Source: a virus
Taxonomy: Duplodnaviria > Caudoviricetes
Direction: 5' to 3' (one strand)
Virus record (IMG/VR): IMGVR_UViG_3300001380_000066
Location: 1 to 37,819 of that record
Length of the DNA: 37,819 nucleotides
Position numbers and translations under genes: made by a program. Below are positions 17,499-26,114 of the stretch, piece after piece. The notes under the pieces were generated by a model. The model did not search any database and was not told the origin of the DNA. It saw only the letters and a program-made list of their open reading frames with translations. Numbering within the stretch: position 1 is the first letter of the stretch; each line of letters opens with the position of its first letter.

Positions 17499-17888
17499 TT
17501 ACAACATTAATTTAAGTTCATCCCGTAGTTCCTCAAGCTCCCATACTTTCCATGACTTTTTTTCATTATGTTGGCGAAAATACATATATTCCCATTTTTC
17601 TTGCCCGAAGGTGGCAATGAACCATTTATCGTAAGGGTGGCGATCAAATCTATGCAGGGAGTTGTGGTAGGCGCATTGAGTAAAGACATTCCATTCCCAA
17701 TCAAAACGCATAGCACCGCTCATCTTTTGAGGGATAAAGTGTCCGGCCGTCATTCTAGGGTCAAGCATTTCTCCGTTAAACTTGCATATAACACAATACG
17801 GATGGCGAGCTTTAACTATTTGAGCTACAAGAGCGCCACATTCCTTTATGAGTTTCTTTCTTAGTTTGGAGCCAGTTAGTTTTTTCAT
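17499..17888 (-). CDS. NinG/Rap-family endonuclease
   Basis: IVKARHPYCVIC...AGHFIP...MRFD..NVFTQCAYHN. Confidence 0.8.
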   Translation of the reverse strand: MKKLTGSKLRKKLIKECGALVAQIVKARHPYCVICKFNGEMLDPRMTAGHFIPQKMSGAMRFDWEWNVFTQCAYHNSLHRFDRHPYDKWFIATFGQEKWEYMYFRQHNEKKSWKVWELEELRDELKLML

Positions 17889-18265
17889 TCCTTGTTAAAC
17901 GCTTCTAGAGGATAAATAACTAAATTATTTCTAGTTACAAATCGTTCCCCTTTTTCTAATAAATCAAGCCATTGGATGAACCAACACATATTTTTTAAAT
18001 CCTGAACCATTAAAATTGACCTAATCCCAGTATCTTCTAAAAATTCCGCACGCATTTTTACTTTGTATAGCTCCAGCCCATGCCCTTCAAAAGGAGGGGG
18101 TGAAAATGGCTCTTCTTTTCCTTTAATCTCATACCAAACCCAAATACCATCCTTTTTGCCCATCCAATCAATCTGTGTAATCCACCACCCATCCCTTTGT
18201 AATTTTATTCGTGCGTGTTGTTCGGCTTGTTTACCTAGATCGGCTTTTTCTTCAGGAAAGTTCAT
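17885..18265 (-). CDS. PD-(D/E)xK-fold nuclease-like protein
   Basis: GKQAE...IDW...WYEIK; adjacent to the methylase. Confidence 0.5.
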   Translation of the reverse strand: MNFPEEKADLGKQAEQHARIKLQRDGWWITQIDWMGKKDGIWVWYEIKGKEEPFSPPPFEGHGLELYKVKMRAEFLEDTGIRSILMVQDLKNMCWFIQWLDLLEKGERFVTRNNLVIYPLEAFNKE

Positions 18266-19088
18266 TGCCCCAGTTATTCCACCCTTCTACTTTTTGTCTT
18301 GCAAATAACTCAATCCTCGGAAGATCCCCCACCAGTTGCACGATCTTATCACGCACGACAGCGGGTTTTTGGCTATGTTCACCTACGGGTTCATAAATAA
18401 TTTGTGAAATACTAGCATCTTGTCTCGGTATCGTTCCCCTTTTAGCAATTACACATATTTCAGCATTAGATCGTGTCCAAGCCCCCAACCCAAAAGCGAA
18501 ACCCTTTTTGTCCTTGGTAGATTTAACCCACGTGAATCCCACAGTTGAATACTCAAACCCCCAACACCTTAAAACGTCCATAAAACTATCCAACATCGGG
18601 AAAGTAACCCACATAAACAAAATACAATCATCAGCCGCCAATTCACCTACCGGCAAGTGGCAAATATCCTCCAAAGACATGGTATTGTAGTGTTGTGATT
18701 GGTTTTTAAGCCCATCCTCGAAATATCTCCAAGGAGGATCAGCATAGATAATATTGTATTTTCCATCAATAGTTGTGGGTAGTTCGGGTGTAGCGCTAGC
18801 AGATATTTCAGGGGTAAACCAACGATTTAGCCACCTATTCACTATTTGTCTTTGGCTACCAATATCGTTGCAATATGTAGACCAACTTCGGAACTTTAGT
18901 TCCGAGGTTAAGTCTGTTCTTGCGCCTTGTGAATTTAGTTTTTCTTTAGCAATCCACAATTCGTTTGCCATTTCTAAAGTCAGATTTTTCCATTTAAAAA
19001 GTGCTAGTTTAACCTTTTCAACAGATTCCTTGTAATTCCATTGTTCAGGAATTAAGGGTTTTTTTTCTATAACAATTAATTCATTCAT
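18252..19088 (-). CDS. MT-A70 family N6-adenine methyltransferase
   Basis: IIYADPPW, LFMWVT, WGFEY, TRSNAE, HSQKP and IELFAR motifs. Confidence 0.92.
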   Translation of the reverse strand: MNELIVIEKKPLIPEQWNYKESVEKVKLALFKWKNLTLEMANELWIAKEKLNSQGARTDLTSELKFRSWSTYCNDIGSQRQIVNRWLNRWFTPEISASATPELPTTIDGKYNIIYADPPWRYFEDGLKNQSQHYNTMSLEDICHLPVGELAADDCILFMWVTFPMLDSFMDVLRCWGFEYSTVGFTWVKSTKDKKGFAFGLGAWTRSNAEICVIAKRGTIPRQDASISQIIYEPVGEHSQKPAVVRDKIVQLVGDLPRIELFARQKVEGWNNWGNELS

Positions 19089-19230
19089 ATAATTCTTTCA
19101 GTTCTTTGTATTCGTCTAAATATTCCTTTTCTAACTTTTGTGCATAGTCGTCTACTAAGTTTTTCCAATCCCCACCTAGTATGTCTTCCGGATCTTCACC
19201 AAACATTTGTTTAAATTCTTTCTTAGTCAT
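19081..19230 (-). CDS. 49-aa acidic hypothetical protein
   Basis: MTKKEFKQMFGEDPEDILGGDW...; overlaps the methylase start. Confidence 0.6.
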   Translation of the reverse strand: MTKKEFKQMFGEDPEDILGGDWKNLVDDYAQKLEKEYLDEYKELKELYE

Positions 19231-19431
19231 GTTTCAGTCGAGGATAGACTACGAGTCTCTTTATTTGGGTATTCAAGAATTATCTTTTTCATACAAAGGT
19301 TCTTTAAGCTTACTTCCTATTCCAAACAAACTGCAATGAGTTTGAAGGGAAGGCCTCAAAGTGCTATAAGGTTATCCTTCCACATTTTTAAAAGGTTCAG
19401 TCTCGGATGAGCTACTTCGCCTCTTTGCTAC

Positions 19432-19665
19432 CTAGTACATTAATTTAAGTGGTTCGTCTCCACTCCCGCTAGGCCCTGCCGGTTTGGTCGGGTGTTTCAT
19501 TGAAAGTCTGCCTTCCAACTTAGCTTTTAGTTTCTCAATTTTTTCTTTGTTGGGGTTTGTTTTTTTTATCCAATCAATCGTAACAAAAATTTGATACGTG
19601 GTCAGTTGTTGTGGATTAATACCAAAACTCTCTAAAAATTCTTTCTGTTTTTGTGAGTAGAACAT
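19432..19665 (-). CDS. hypothetical protein
   Basis: ATG 19665 follows the T-tract of a long hairpin; the ORF-track extension to 19713 lies inside that hairpin. Confidence 0.55.
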   Translation of the reverse strand: MFYSQKQKEFLESFGINPQQLTTYQIFVTIDWIKKTNPNKEKIEKLKAKLEGRLSMKHPTKPAGPSGSGDEPLKLMY

Positions 19666-19872
19666 TAAAAAACCTATCTTCGATTCCGACAAGCTAATAA
19701 CAGCTTTTGGCAAGCGTTTACTTGCCGGAACCCAAAATAGGTTTATCGCTGTTATTATATCAAACCCCCGCTTGCCGTGTGGGGTAGCCGTAAACTCGGC
19801 TACTTATCGTAGTTTGAACCCTTATTCCAAGGGACGTAATCTATTATTCGCACTTTTTAAAAGTATTGTCAA
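19666..19872 (-). promoter_or_regulatory. promoter plus long structured leader (attenuator-like)
   Basis: TTGACA-18-AATAAT; hairpins CCCTT/AAGGG and GTAGCCG/CGGCTAC; 24-nt-arm stem 19744-19721/19693-19670 plus T-tract. Confidence 0.6.
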
Positions 19873-19878
19873 GTCCAC

Positions 19879-19940
19879 AAAAAAGACTGTAACTATATGC
19901 TGGGAGCTGCCTGTCCACCAACGATGCTAGTTACAGTCTT
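19879..19940 (-). terminator. terminator-like hairpin with large loop
   Basis: 13-bp perfect stem AAGACTGTAACTA/TAGTTACAGTCTT plus T-tract. Confidence 0.65.
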
Positions 19941-19992
19941 AGTTTATTCTATCACCGTGACGGGGATAGATTCTAATTCTACCATAAAACAT

Positions 19993-20033
19993 AAAAAAGA
20001 GGTAGTCTTTGGCTCCCACCTAAACCACCTCTT
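19993..20033 (-). terminator. terminator-like hairpin
   Basis: AAGAGGTGGTTT/AGACTACCTCTT stem with GU pairs plus T-tract. Confidence 0.65.
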
Positions 20034-20045
20034 CACCTGAGAGAG

Positions 20046-20123
20046 CTACTCGTTTTCAGTAGCTTCTTCAGTTTCTGCTGGAGTTTCTTCAGCAGCTTCT
20101 TCCGTAACTTCGTCATCAAACAT
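20046..20123 (-). CDS. 25-aa highly acidic peptide
   Basis: MFDDEVTEEAAEETPAETEEATENE; AAGGAGG upstream; terminator immediately downstream. Confidence 0.6.
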   Translation of the reverse strand: MFDDEVTEEAAEETPAETEEATENE

Positions 20124-20319
20124 TTTATTTAATCGCCTCCTTCCATTTAAATTTCATTTAAAAGTATGTATAGTTTACTATATTAGTTGTCTAAAAACAC
20201 AATCGTCGTGTAATATATTAAGGAATAGACTAAAACAAGTTTCTCCCTTAATGTTTCTCACCGACGATTGTTTGGGAAAAGGTTAAGCCTGCAACAAAAC
20301 CTTATCCTTTTAAGTTAAA

Positions 20320-20517
20320 TTAAGTTAAAGTAACTCTATCTTGAGTCTGGAACCGATTCAAGATATTCAAAATTCCAAGTATAGTTGCCTGTATTTCAGG
20401 GCTAATTGGTAAATCAGCTCCTAATACTGTTTGTAAAATAATAACAACCACTCCGATCACATTTAACCAGAATGTTTTACTTTGCCAGATCGGCTTTGCT
20501 ATTGTTGTATCTGCCAT
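20320..20517 (-). CDS. putative holin (2 TM)
   Basis: KPIWQSKTFWLN motif, two hydrophobic helices, in the lysis cassette. Confidence 0.7.
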   Translation of the reverse strand: MADTTIAKPIWQSKTFWLNVIGVVVIILQTVLGADLPISPEIQATILGILNILNRFQTQDRVTLT

Positions 20518-20530
20518 TTAATTCACCCCC

Positions 20531-20704
20531 TTATCCTATTGGTAAAAAGTTACCAAAAATAACAAAAAGAACCACCCCTAACAATAAGATGATATTTAAA
20601 ATACTTTTAGTCCCGTCATCTTTTACAAGTGCGATTACTTTCTCACCAATAATAAAGACCAATACTGCAATAACTAATCTAATTAAAAATTCTTGTCCAT
20701 CCAT
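20531..20704 (-). CDS. 57-aa two-TM membrane protein (holin/antiholin-like)
   Basis: MDGQEFLIRLVIAVLVFII...; AGGAGGT upstream; missing from the ORF track. Confidence 0.7.
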   Translation of the reverse strand: MDGQEFLIRLVIAVLVFIIGEKVIALVKDDGTKSILNIILLLGVVLFVIFGNFLPIG

Positions 20705-20779
20705 TTTTAAACCACCTCCTTTATAACCTTCCTGATATTAATAGAATCACAATGATTATTATGATAATTGTTAATAAAT

Positions 20780-21679
20780 TCATCTAAACCAATATAAGAT
20801 TTTCTTCCAAAGAATAACTAAAAAATTGCTGAGATCATTTTTTTCTTGTGGAGGTACAGGGCGAAGAGGGCTATCAGGTGAAGGAACACTAGCATCCCCA
20901 ACTGATACGTTTGTTGGGCCTTGAGGATCGTTAAGAAGTACAGTATTGCTATTAGTCCCCGAAGTACCATTCTCAACCGATTCTCCACTTGTAGGGCCTG
21001 TCGTAGGCTCAAGGACACTTTCCGATAGTGTTGGGTCCGGACTTTCCGCAAGGACTGGCTGTGGGGACGCAGCGGGGGCTGGGCTATAAATTACATTATC
21101 CTTAATTCTTGATTTCATGTCAAACGGCCAAGACGTGCCAGGACAGGCTGTTACAGTAGTGTTATTCCATATAGAAGCACAATCTTTATGCCCAATTACA
21201 TCTTCCCATCCATCAGTGTTTACTAAAGCTGGATAGTGAAAAAGAAAGAAATCACACAAATCATGGGCAGCGTTAATTTGTGCATCCGTAGGTAGGTGTT
21301 TTGTAAAATCTCCAACTAAGTTAATTCCAATAACTGCTTCATTGTGATTCAAGACATTTGCCCTACCCGTCCCGATATCCCCTACATAAGCCACAATCCC
21401 CTGAGTCGTGATAACAAGGTGATATCCGATCCCCGCCCAGCCACGTGCTTTATGTAAAGATGCAAGCTCATCTACCTGTTCCTGCCATGTTTTCTCACGC
21501 TTAATAGTACCGTCAGGATTTTTAATATATGGGCTAGTAACGGAATGATGAATAACTAAATATTTAACTTGATTTAAAGTACGGTTAAACGACCAATTAT
21601 ATGAATCTCCCCATACTCTGTCCCTATCGTCTACAAAACGATTACCAAGTTGCGGAATAACTAACTTTGTGTTAGCCAT
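20780..21679 (-). CDS. endolysin, N-acetylmuramoyl-L-alanine amidase (Amidase_2)
   Basis: LVIHHS, GWAGIGYH, IGHKD and TACPG motifs; disordered linker and amphipathic C-terminus. Confidence 0.9.
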   Translation of the reverse strand: MANTKLVIPQLGNRFVDDRDRVWGDSYNWSFNRTLNQVKYLVIHHSVTSPYIKNPDGTIKREKTWQEQVDELASLHKARGWAGIGYHLVITTQGIVAYVGDIGTGRANVLNHNEAVIGINLVGDFTKHLPTDAQINAAHDLCDFFLFHYPALVNTDGWEDVIGHKDCASIWNNTTVTACPGTSWPFDMKSRIKDNVIYSPAPAASPQPVLAESPDPTLSESVLEPTTGPTSGESVENGTSGTNSNTVLLNDPQGPTNVSVGDASVPSPDSPLRPVPPQEKNDLSNFLVILWKKILYWFR

Positions 21680-21711
21680 TTTATTAATCTTCTTCCTTTT
21701 TTTTCATAATG

Positions 21712-21834
21712 TCAATTCTTTTTTTTCTTCTTTTCACGCTCGTTTTTTTCTTTATCACGTATGCTATCCATGTTATTCTGGAACTGCCTAATCATCCCAC
21801 CTAGCACCTTAGCTCTTTTACCACCCTTACTCAT
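21712..21834 (-). CDS. 40-aa basic peptide
   Basis: MSKGGKRAK...EKKKKKN; ATGA-coupled to the upstream gene. Confidence 0.45.
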   Translation of the reverse strand: MSKGGKRAKVLGGMIRQFQNNMDSIRDKEKNEREKKKKKN

Positions 21835-22088
21835 GCTAATTGGTCATCTCCCAAAACCTGTCTAAACTGATCTCTAATTTGACATATCTCATCCAATAGC
21901 CCCGCCTTCATACATTCGCTAACTATACGTATGTGTTCATCTTGAGCATAAGGGAGTTCAAGAGGGTAATTCATAGTAATAAGTAAATTAGGCAATATCT
22001 GGGCATATTGATTTAAAAGTTCAACTTCACTCATCGTATATTCTCTTTTTGTAAAACTTACTTCAATTAATTGCGTGTCACGTTCCAT
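21831..22088 (-). CDS. hypothetical protein (paralogue of 22078-22323)
   Basis: shares RxYT...QDEHI...GL. Confidence 0.7.
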   Translation of the reverse strand: MERDTQLIEVSFTKREYTMSEVELLNQYAQILPNLLITMNYPLELPYAQDEHIRIVSECMKAGLLDEICQIRDQFRQVLGDDQLA

Positions 22089-22323
22089 TTTCTTCCTCCA
22101 TCGCTAATTTGAAATCCGTTGAAATTTCTGTCAATTCTTGTATAAGTCCTAATCTATATGCTTCATGAAATACCGTTATATGTTCGTCCTGAATAATTAC
22201 TTGTTGTAATATATCTAAATCATCTCGGTATACCCAACCAAGAACATTTATAAATCTCTGTAAAATGTCGGCCTGCTCCAAAGTATATTGCCTAAATACT
22301 GGATGAACCGCCCGTTCTGCCAT
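22078..22323 (-). CDS. hypothetical protein (paralogue of 21831-22088)
   Basis: shares RxYT...QDEHI...GL. Confidence 0.7.
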   Translation of the reverse strand: MAERAVHPVFRQYTLEQADILQRFINVLGWVYRDDLDILQQVIIQDEHITVFHEAYRLGLIQELTEISTDFKLAMEEENGT

Positions 22324-22513
22324 GTTTTTGCATGATGTCTAAAAGTACTTTTTCGGGCATCTCAAACGTGACTAGATTAGTTTCTGGGTCATAAATTCGC
22401 CTAACTATCATTTGTCTACCGTTTGAAAGAGGGTAATATATAGGTTCTGGTAATACTCCCCATACTTTGCCATCGTCCAACTGTACTTTATCGGGTATCT
22501 CACGTTCGCTCAT
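22292..22513 (-). CDS. hypothetical protein
   Basis: 73-aa ORF overlapping both neighbours. Confidence 0.6.
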   Translation of the reverse strand: MSEREIPDKVQLDDGKVWGVLPEPIYYPLSNGRQMIVRRIYDPETNLVTFEMPEKVLLDIMQKHGRTGGSSSI

Positions 22514-22850
22514 CTTCTTTTTTTGTTATTCTTCCATCTATCATTTCGGTTATTAATGTTTCACTTAAATCTTTACGCTTGGCAAGAGATTCCATGATTA
22601 ATTGTTTTAAGTAATTTTTCTTAAACTTAATATTGTCATAGTCCATAGTTTTTTTAGCCAAATCTTCTTCTAGGCGGTTTTTTTCCTTTTCAAGAAATTC
22701 AACTCTAGCCGTTAAATCGGCAATAGATTCACGCAAAAGATGTAAATCATTGCGTCTAACCTGATAAATAAAAAAAATAATCGCCGATGCCACAAGTCCA
22801 ATTACTCCTCCCCAACCTAATATATTTGATGGATTAATGGTAATTTGCAT
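22500..22850 (-). CDS. TM plus coiled-coil protein (lysis-associated)
   Basis: N-terminal TM then heptad coiled coil; ATG 22850 follows the leader. Confidence 0.65.
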   Translation of the reverse strand: MQITINPSNILGWGGVIGLVASAIIFFIYQVRRNDLHLLRESIADLTARVEFLEKEKNRLEEDLAKKTMDYDNIKFKKNYLKQLIMESLAKRKDLSETLITEMIDGRITKKEDERT

Positions 22851-22934
22851 ATACAAAAAAAAGACCGTTTTTAAACGGCCTCTCCAAAACGTTTTTCTTG
22901 ATTCAATTTTAAAAATAAATTATGAAAATAGCAA
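22851..22934 (-). promoter_or_regulatory. promoter plus leader terminator (copy B)
   Basis: TTGCTA-17-TAAAAT, GAGGCCGTT/AACGGTCTT hairpin and T-tract. Confidence 0.7.
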
Positions 22935-22968
22935 ATTCTATTGACACGTGGTGATATACTATGGGCAA

Positions 22969-23037
22969 ATGTTAGGATGGATTGTATTTTTAGTTATCTG
23001 GACAATATTTGTTTGGACACTGCCACGAGAAGACTAA
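22969..23037 (+). CDS. 22-aa hydrophobic peptide, the only plausible plus-strand gene
   Basis: MLGWIVFLVIWTIFVWTLPRED; TGATATACT extended -10 ends 8 nt upstream. Confidence 0.5.
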   Translation: MLGWIVFLVIWTIFVWTLPRED

Positions 23038-25070
23038 TATCCTGTTACATTAGTAGTAGGTATAATATCATTTGCTCCTCGTGATTTATCTATAAGATCT
23101 TTATATCCTTGTAATTCTTCTCTTAAAACTCTAATTTTTTCGTCTCTGACTGTTTTACTATCTAAAACATTAGGAAACATATATATGTAATCTGCCCTTT
23201 GTTCTCTGGTAATTGCAGCACCTGTTCGGAAATATCCTAATATATCTATTGCTGAAGCAATATCTTTACCAATACCACGTCCTCCTTGATCAAGAGGATT
23301 TATTTTTTTACTAATTAAAACATTGGGATTATTTTTAAGTGCAGTATCAATTCGATCAATTGCCTTTACACCTGTTTCGGCCTTATTAAAAAGAACTGCA
23401 TTAGGGCCAGAAAGAGGCTTGTTTTTTGTAGGTGCATTTTGTCTCATTGATGAAGCTACTTGTAATAATTGATCTGCTTCTTTAGTCCTACCTTGGAAAG
23501 ATAATTCCAGGGCCATTTGTGTAAGACTTTCAGGTGTATATTGTTCAGTTTGAGCTTGTTGAGCTTCAGGATTAGGAACCCAATCATTCGCTTTAGCAGA
23601 CCATACCCATTGGCCATCAGGAGATTTGTAGCCTTCACCAGTTTGGGGATCATAATCTTGTTGACTAGTAACCTGAGATTGTGGTTGTTGAGCTTGTATT
23701 GATTGTGGTTGAGCTGGTTCTTGTGTGCTTTGTGTACTTTTTAGAAATGGTAAATTAGTAGGGACTTGATCTGTTTGCCTTTCTCCAGACAATAATCCCC
23801 CTGCAACTTGTCCTGCTCCTCTAAAAAGAGTTCTTTTTAAGGCATCAGGAATGCTACCACCTGTAATCTGTGGTGCAAGTTGTGCTGCCTTCGTTTGAAA
23901 TTGTGACATTTGAGTTAAATGACGACCTACAAATGGTGCTGCAACTACTCCTGCCGTAACAGGACCACCAAATACACCAGCAGTCAATGCCCCACCACCA
24001 CCAAGAATATCTGCTAATCCTAGTCTAGAAGGTTTACTTGCTCTTTTACTAATAGCTTCTTTGGCAACATTATAATATTGAATTGTTTTATTAATATCTT
24101 TAATACCAGGCGCTCGTTTTTCAAGAAAATCATTTAACCTTTTTTGAACATTGCCTAACGCATTTGAGGCAGCAGATGATGAGCCACTCGGTCCAAATGC
24201 AGCTCGTCCTTCACTTTGAGCATCACGTTTAAATTGATTAACAATATCAAGAGTAAATTCTTTACCACCTGTTAAGACCTCATTTCTTAATTCTTGTAAT
24301 TTAGCCACTCCTCCTGATTGTAAAACCCGACCCTTAACTGGTGATAATTTAGCTATTTCATCGTCAATAATATCCAAAATTTCTTTTTGTTTAGCGATTT
24401 TACCTGATTGTCTTAAAAAGTCATCTGCCGATCCCTCTGTTTTTGCATATGCTTGTTGGAAATAATCATTTATTTCATCTATACCTTTACCTGCAATATT
24501 CGGTAAGTCACGTTTAGTAAACTCCTCTGTAAACTTTTTACCTGTTTTCCCCTCAAATTTTCTAATAGGTTCAGCTGCATTAAAAAGTTGTTTAACATAT
24601 CTTTCAGGTTTGCCTATTGCTTTACCGACTAAATTCGACCCTCCTCGTAAAGTTCCTGCTAAAAGCATCGATGTTATTCCTCCTGTTGCGGTGCTACCAA
24701 CTCCCGTATTTGGTTGTGAAAGTGCTGCAAGTCCCCCACTTGTTGCTGCTCTTGGTAGTAATTTGGCAAGACTTAATCCTTTTCCAAAAGGTACAGCCCA
24801 TGATCCTACTCCTGCTACATCTCTAGCTATAGTTTGAACTGGCCCCTGTTTGGTTTGTACTGCTTTTTCTTCTGGGGAGATAAAAGGATTTTTAATAACA
24901 CCTAAATCCACTAAGGCTTTAATTTTAGCTTTTTTTTCTTTACTGCCAAATACAGGATTTTCAAAACTTTTAGCAGCAATATCTGGAGCAAATCCCAATC
25001 CTAAAGTTCTTAATAAACTAGATGCTTTTTGAGTAATAGTTTTAGCCATTTTAATAACCTGGAACACCAA
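23034..25070 (-). CDS. internal virion/DNA ejection protein
   Basis: large, Gly/Ala-rich hydrophobic segments, last gene of the tail module; start may be ATG 25049. Confidence 0.6.
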   Translation of the reverse strand: MVFQVIKMAKTITQKASSLLRTLGLGFAPDIAAKSFENPVFGSKEKKAKIKALVDLGVIKNPFISPEEKAVQTKQGPVQTIARDVAGVGSWAVPFGKGLSLAKLLPRAATSGGLAALSQPNTGVGSTATGGITSMLLAGTLRGGSNLVGKAIGKPERYVKQLFNAAEPIRKFEGKTGKKFTEEFTKRDLPNIAGKGIDEINDYFQQAYAKTEGSADDFLRQSGKIAKQKEILDIIDDEIAKLSPVKGRVLQSGGVAKLQELRNEVLTGGKEFTLDIVNQFKRDAQSEGRAAFGPSGSSSAASNALGNVQKRLNDFLEKRAPGIKDINKTIQYYNVAKEAISKRASKPSRLGLADILGGGGALTAGVFGGPVTAGVVAAPFVGRHLTQMSQFQTKAAQLAPQITGGSIPDALKRTLFRGAGQVAGGLLSGERQTDQVPTNLPFLKSTQSTQEPAQPQSIQAQQPQSQVTSQQDYDPQTGEGYKSPDGQWVWSAKANDWVPNPEAQQAQTEQYTPESLTQMALELSFQGRTKEADQLLQVASSMRQNAPTKNKPLSGPNAVLFNKAETGVKAIDRIDTALKNNPNVLISKKINPLDQGGRGIGKDIASAIDILGYFRTGAAITREQRADYIYMFPNVLDSKTVRDEKIRVLREELQGYKDLIDKSRGANDIIPTTNVTGY

Positions 25071-26025
25071 GTAATTGACCAGCTCTTTTTTGTTGTTCTA
25101 ATTGTTGCCATGTCATTGTTGGTTTAACACCAAATTGTGTTTGTAATTGCCCTGTTGTAGTAGGTATTCCCGATGATACTGTTGAAACTGGTTTTGGTTG
25201 ATTAGATATCTGAGCAGCTTTAAGTTGTTCTTGTAATAAACCTAATTCTAAAGGCTGTCTTTGTTGCTCATAACTTGATTGGGCTGATTGTAATTGTTGA
25301 TTAAATTTAATTTCTTGTTGTCTTAGATCAAAATCTTTCTGTCTCCATTCATTTTCTTTTTGATCACGATACATTTGTGCTGCCATTTGAAGCTGTTGAC
25401 TTGCCCCTTGTGCTTTCATTTGAGCAATCTGTTGGTCGATTGCATTTAATTCCTTGGCTTTTTCGATAGGTAACATTGCAAGCATATTACCAATTTCTCT
25501 TAATTTGTCTTCCTGTTCAAAACCTACTTGTGTTTTTTGGCCTGTATAAAACTGATTTATACCTGAAAGTTTACCTGTTAAGTCTTGCTCATAAGCTCCA
25601 GAAGACAAAGGAATTCCTCTTTTCCCGTATTCCCTTGAAAGTGCAAGTGATGTTGCACCTATATCCTTATTCTGTGCCCCTGTAATCTGATTTAAAAGCT
25701 CACTATATCTAGCTTTTAGGGGGTCTTTTTCGCCTTCAAGTTGTGTCTGGCGCTGGGCATAAGCCTGTTCTGTAATAGGTTTTGAGGCTGCAAGAGCCGA
25801 TTCAGCCCCCGCTGTGGCTGTTGTGGGTTTCCAAAATCTATTCAAATAATTCTGGGTTTGTCCCTCACCAAAGGCAGTAACAGTCTGGCCTGCAACTAAT
25901 GGTTTATCTTGACCTATTTGACCAAGTAAATCATTTAAATCCAAGCCATAGGTATCAAGCTGTGCGCCTGTTTTCCCTACTAATTCTTGTGGTACTTCGT
26001 ATAGTCCTTGTCCAACACTAGCCAT
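25051..26025 (-). CDS. internal virion/ejection protein (Gln-rich coiled coil)
   Basis: coiled coil with RGI..SG motif; podovirus-like gene position. Confidence 0.6.
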   Translation of the reverse strand: MASVGQGLYEVPQELVGKTGAQLDTYGLDLNDLLGQIGQDKPLVAGQTVTAFGEGQTQNYLNRFWKPTTATAGAESALAASKPITEQAYAQRQTQLEGEKDPLKARYSELLNQITGAQNKDIGATSLALSREYGKRGIPLSSGAYEQDLTGKLSGINQFYTGQKTQVGFEQEDKLREIGNMLAMLPIEKAKELNAIDQQIAQMKAQGASQQLQMAAQMYRDQKENEWRQKDFDLRQQEIKFNQQLQSAQSSYEQQRQPLELGLLQEQLKAAQISNQPKPVSTVSSGIPTTTGQLQTQFGVKPTMTWQQLEQQKRAGQLLGVPGY

Positions 26026-26113
26026 AATCTTAAAAAAGAGGACAACTAAAAGATGCCCTCTTTAAATGCATTTTACTTAATAATATTGTAGATATTTTTA
26101 TCATAGTAGTCAA
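26026..26113 (-). promoter_or_regulatory. promoter plus leader terminator (copy C)
   Basis: TTGACT-17-TACAAT, AAGAGGGCA/TGTCCTCTT hairpin and T-tract. Confidence 0.75.
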
Positions 26114-26114
26114 T

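Noticed and set aside
17885-19088. Bona fide restriction-modification pair
   Set aside because: The nuclease call is weak, and orphan MT-A70 methylases are common in phages
20195-20312. Additional hairpins after the holin (ACAATCGTCG/CGACGATTGT; AAAAGG/CCTTTT)
   Set aside because: They are real inverted repeats but adequately explained as 3' UTR or terminator structure
22941-22960. TTGACA...TATACT as a canonical -35/-10 pair on the plus strand
   Set aside because: The spacer is only 8 nt; only the extended -10 is accepted
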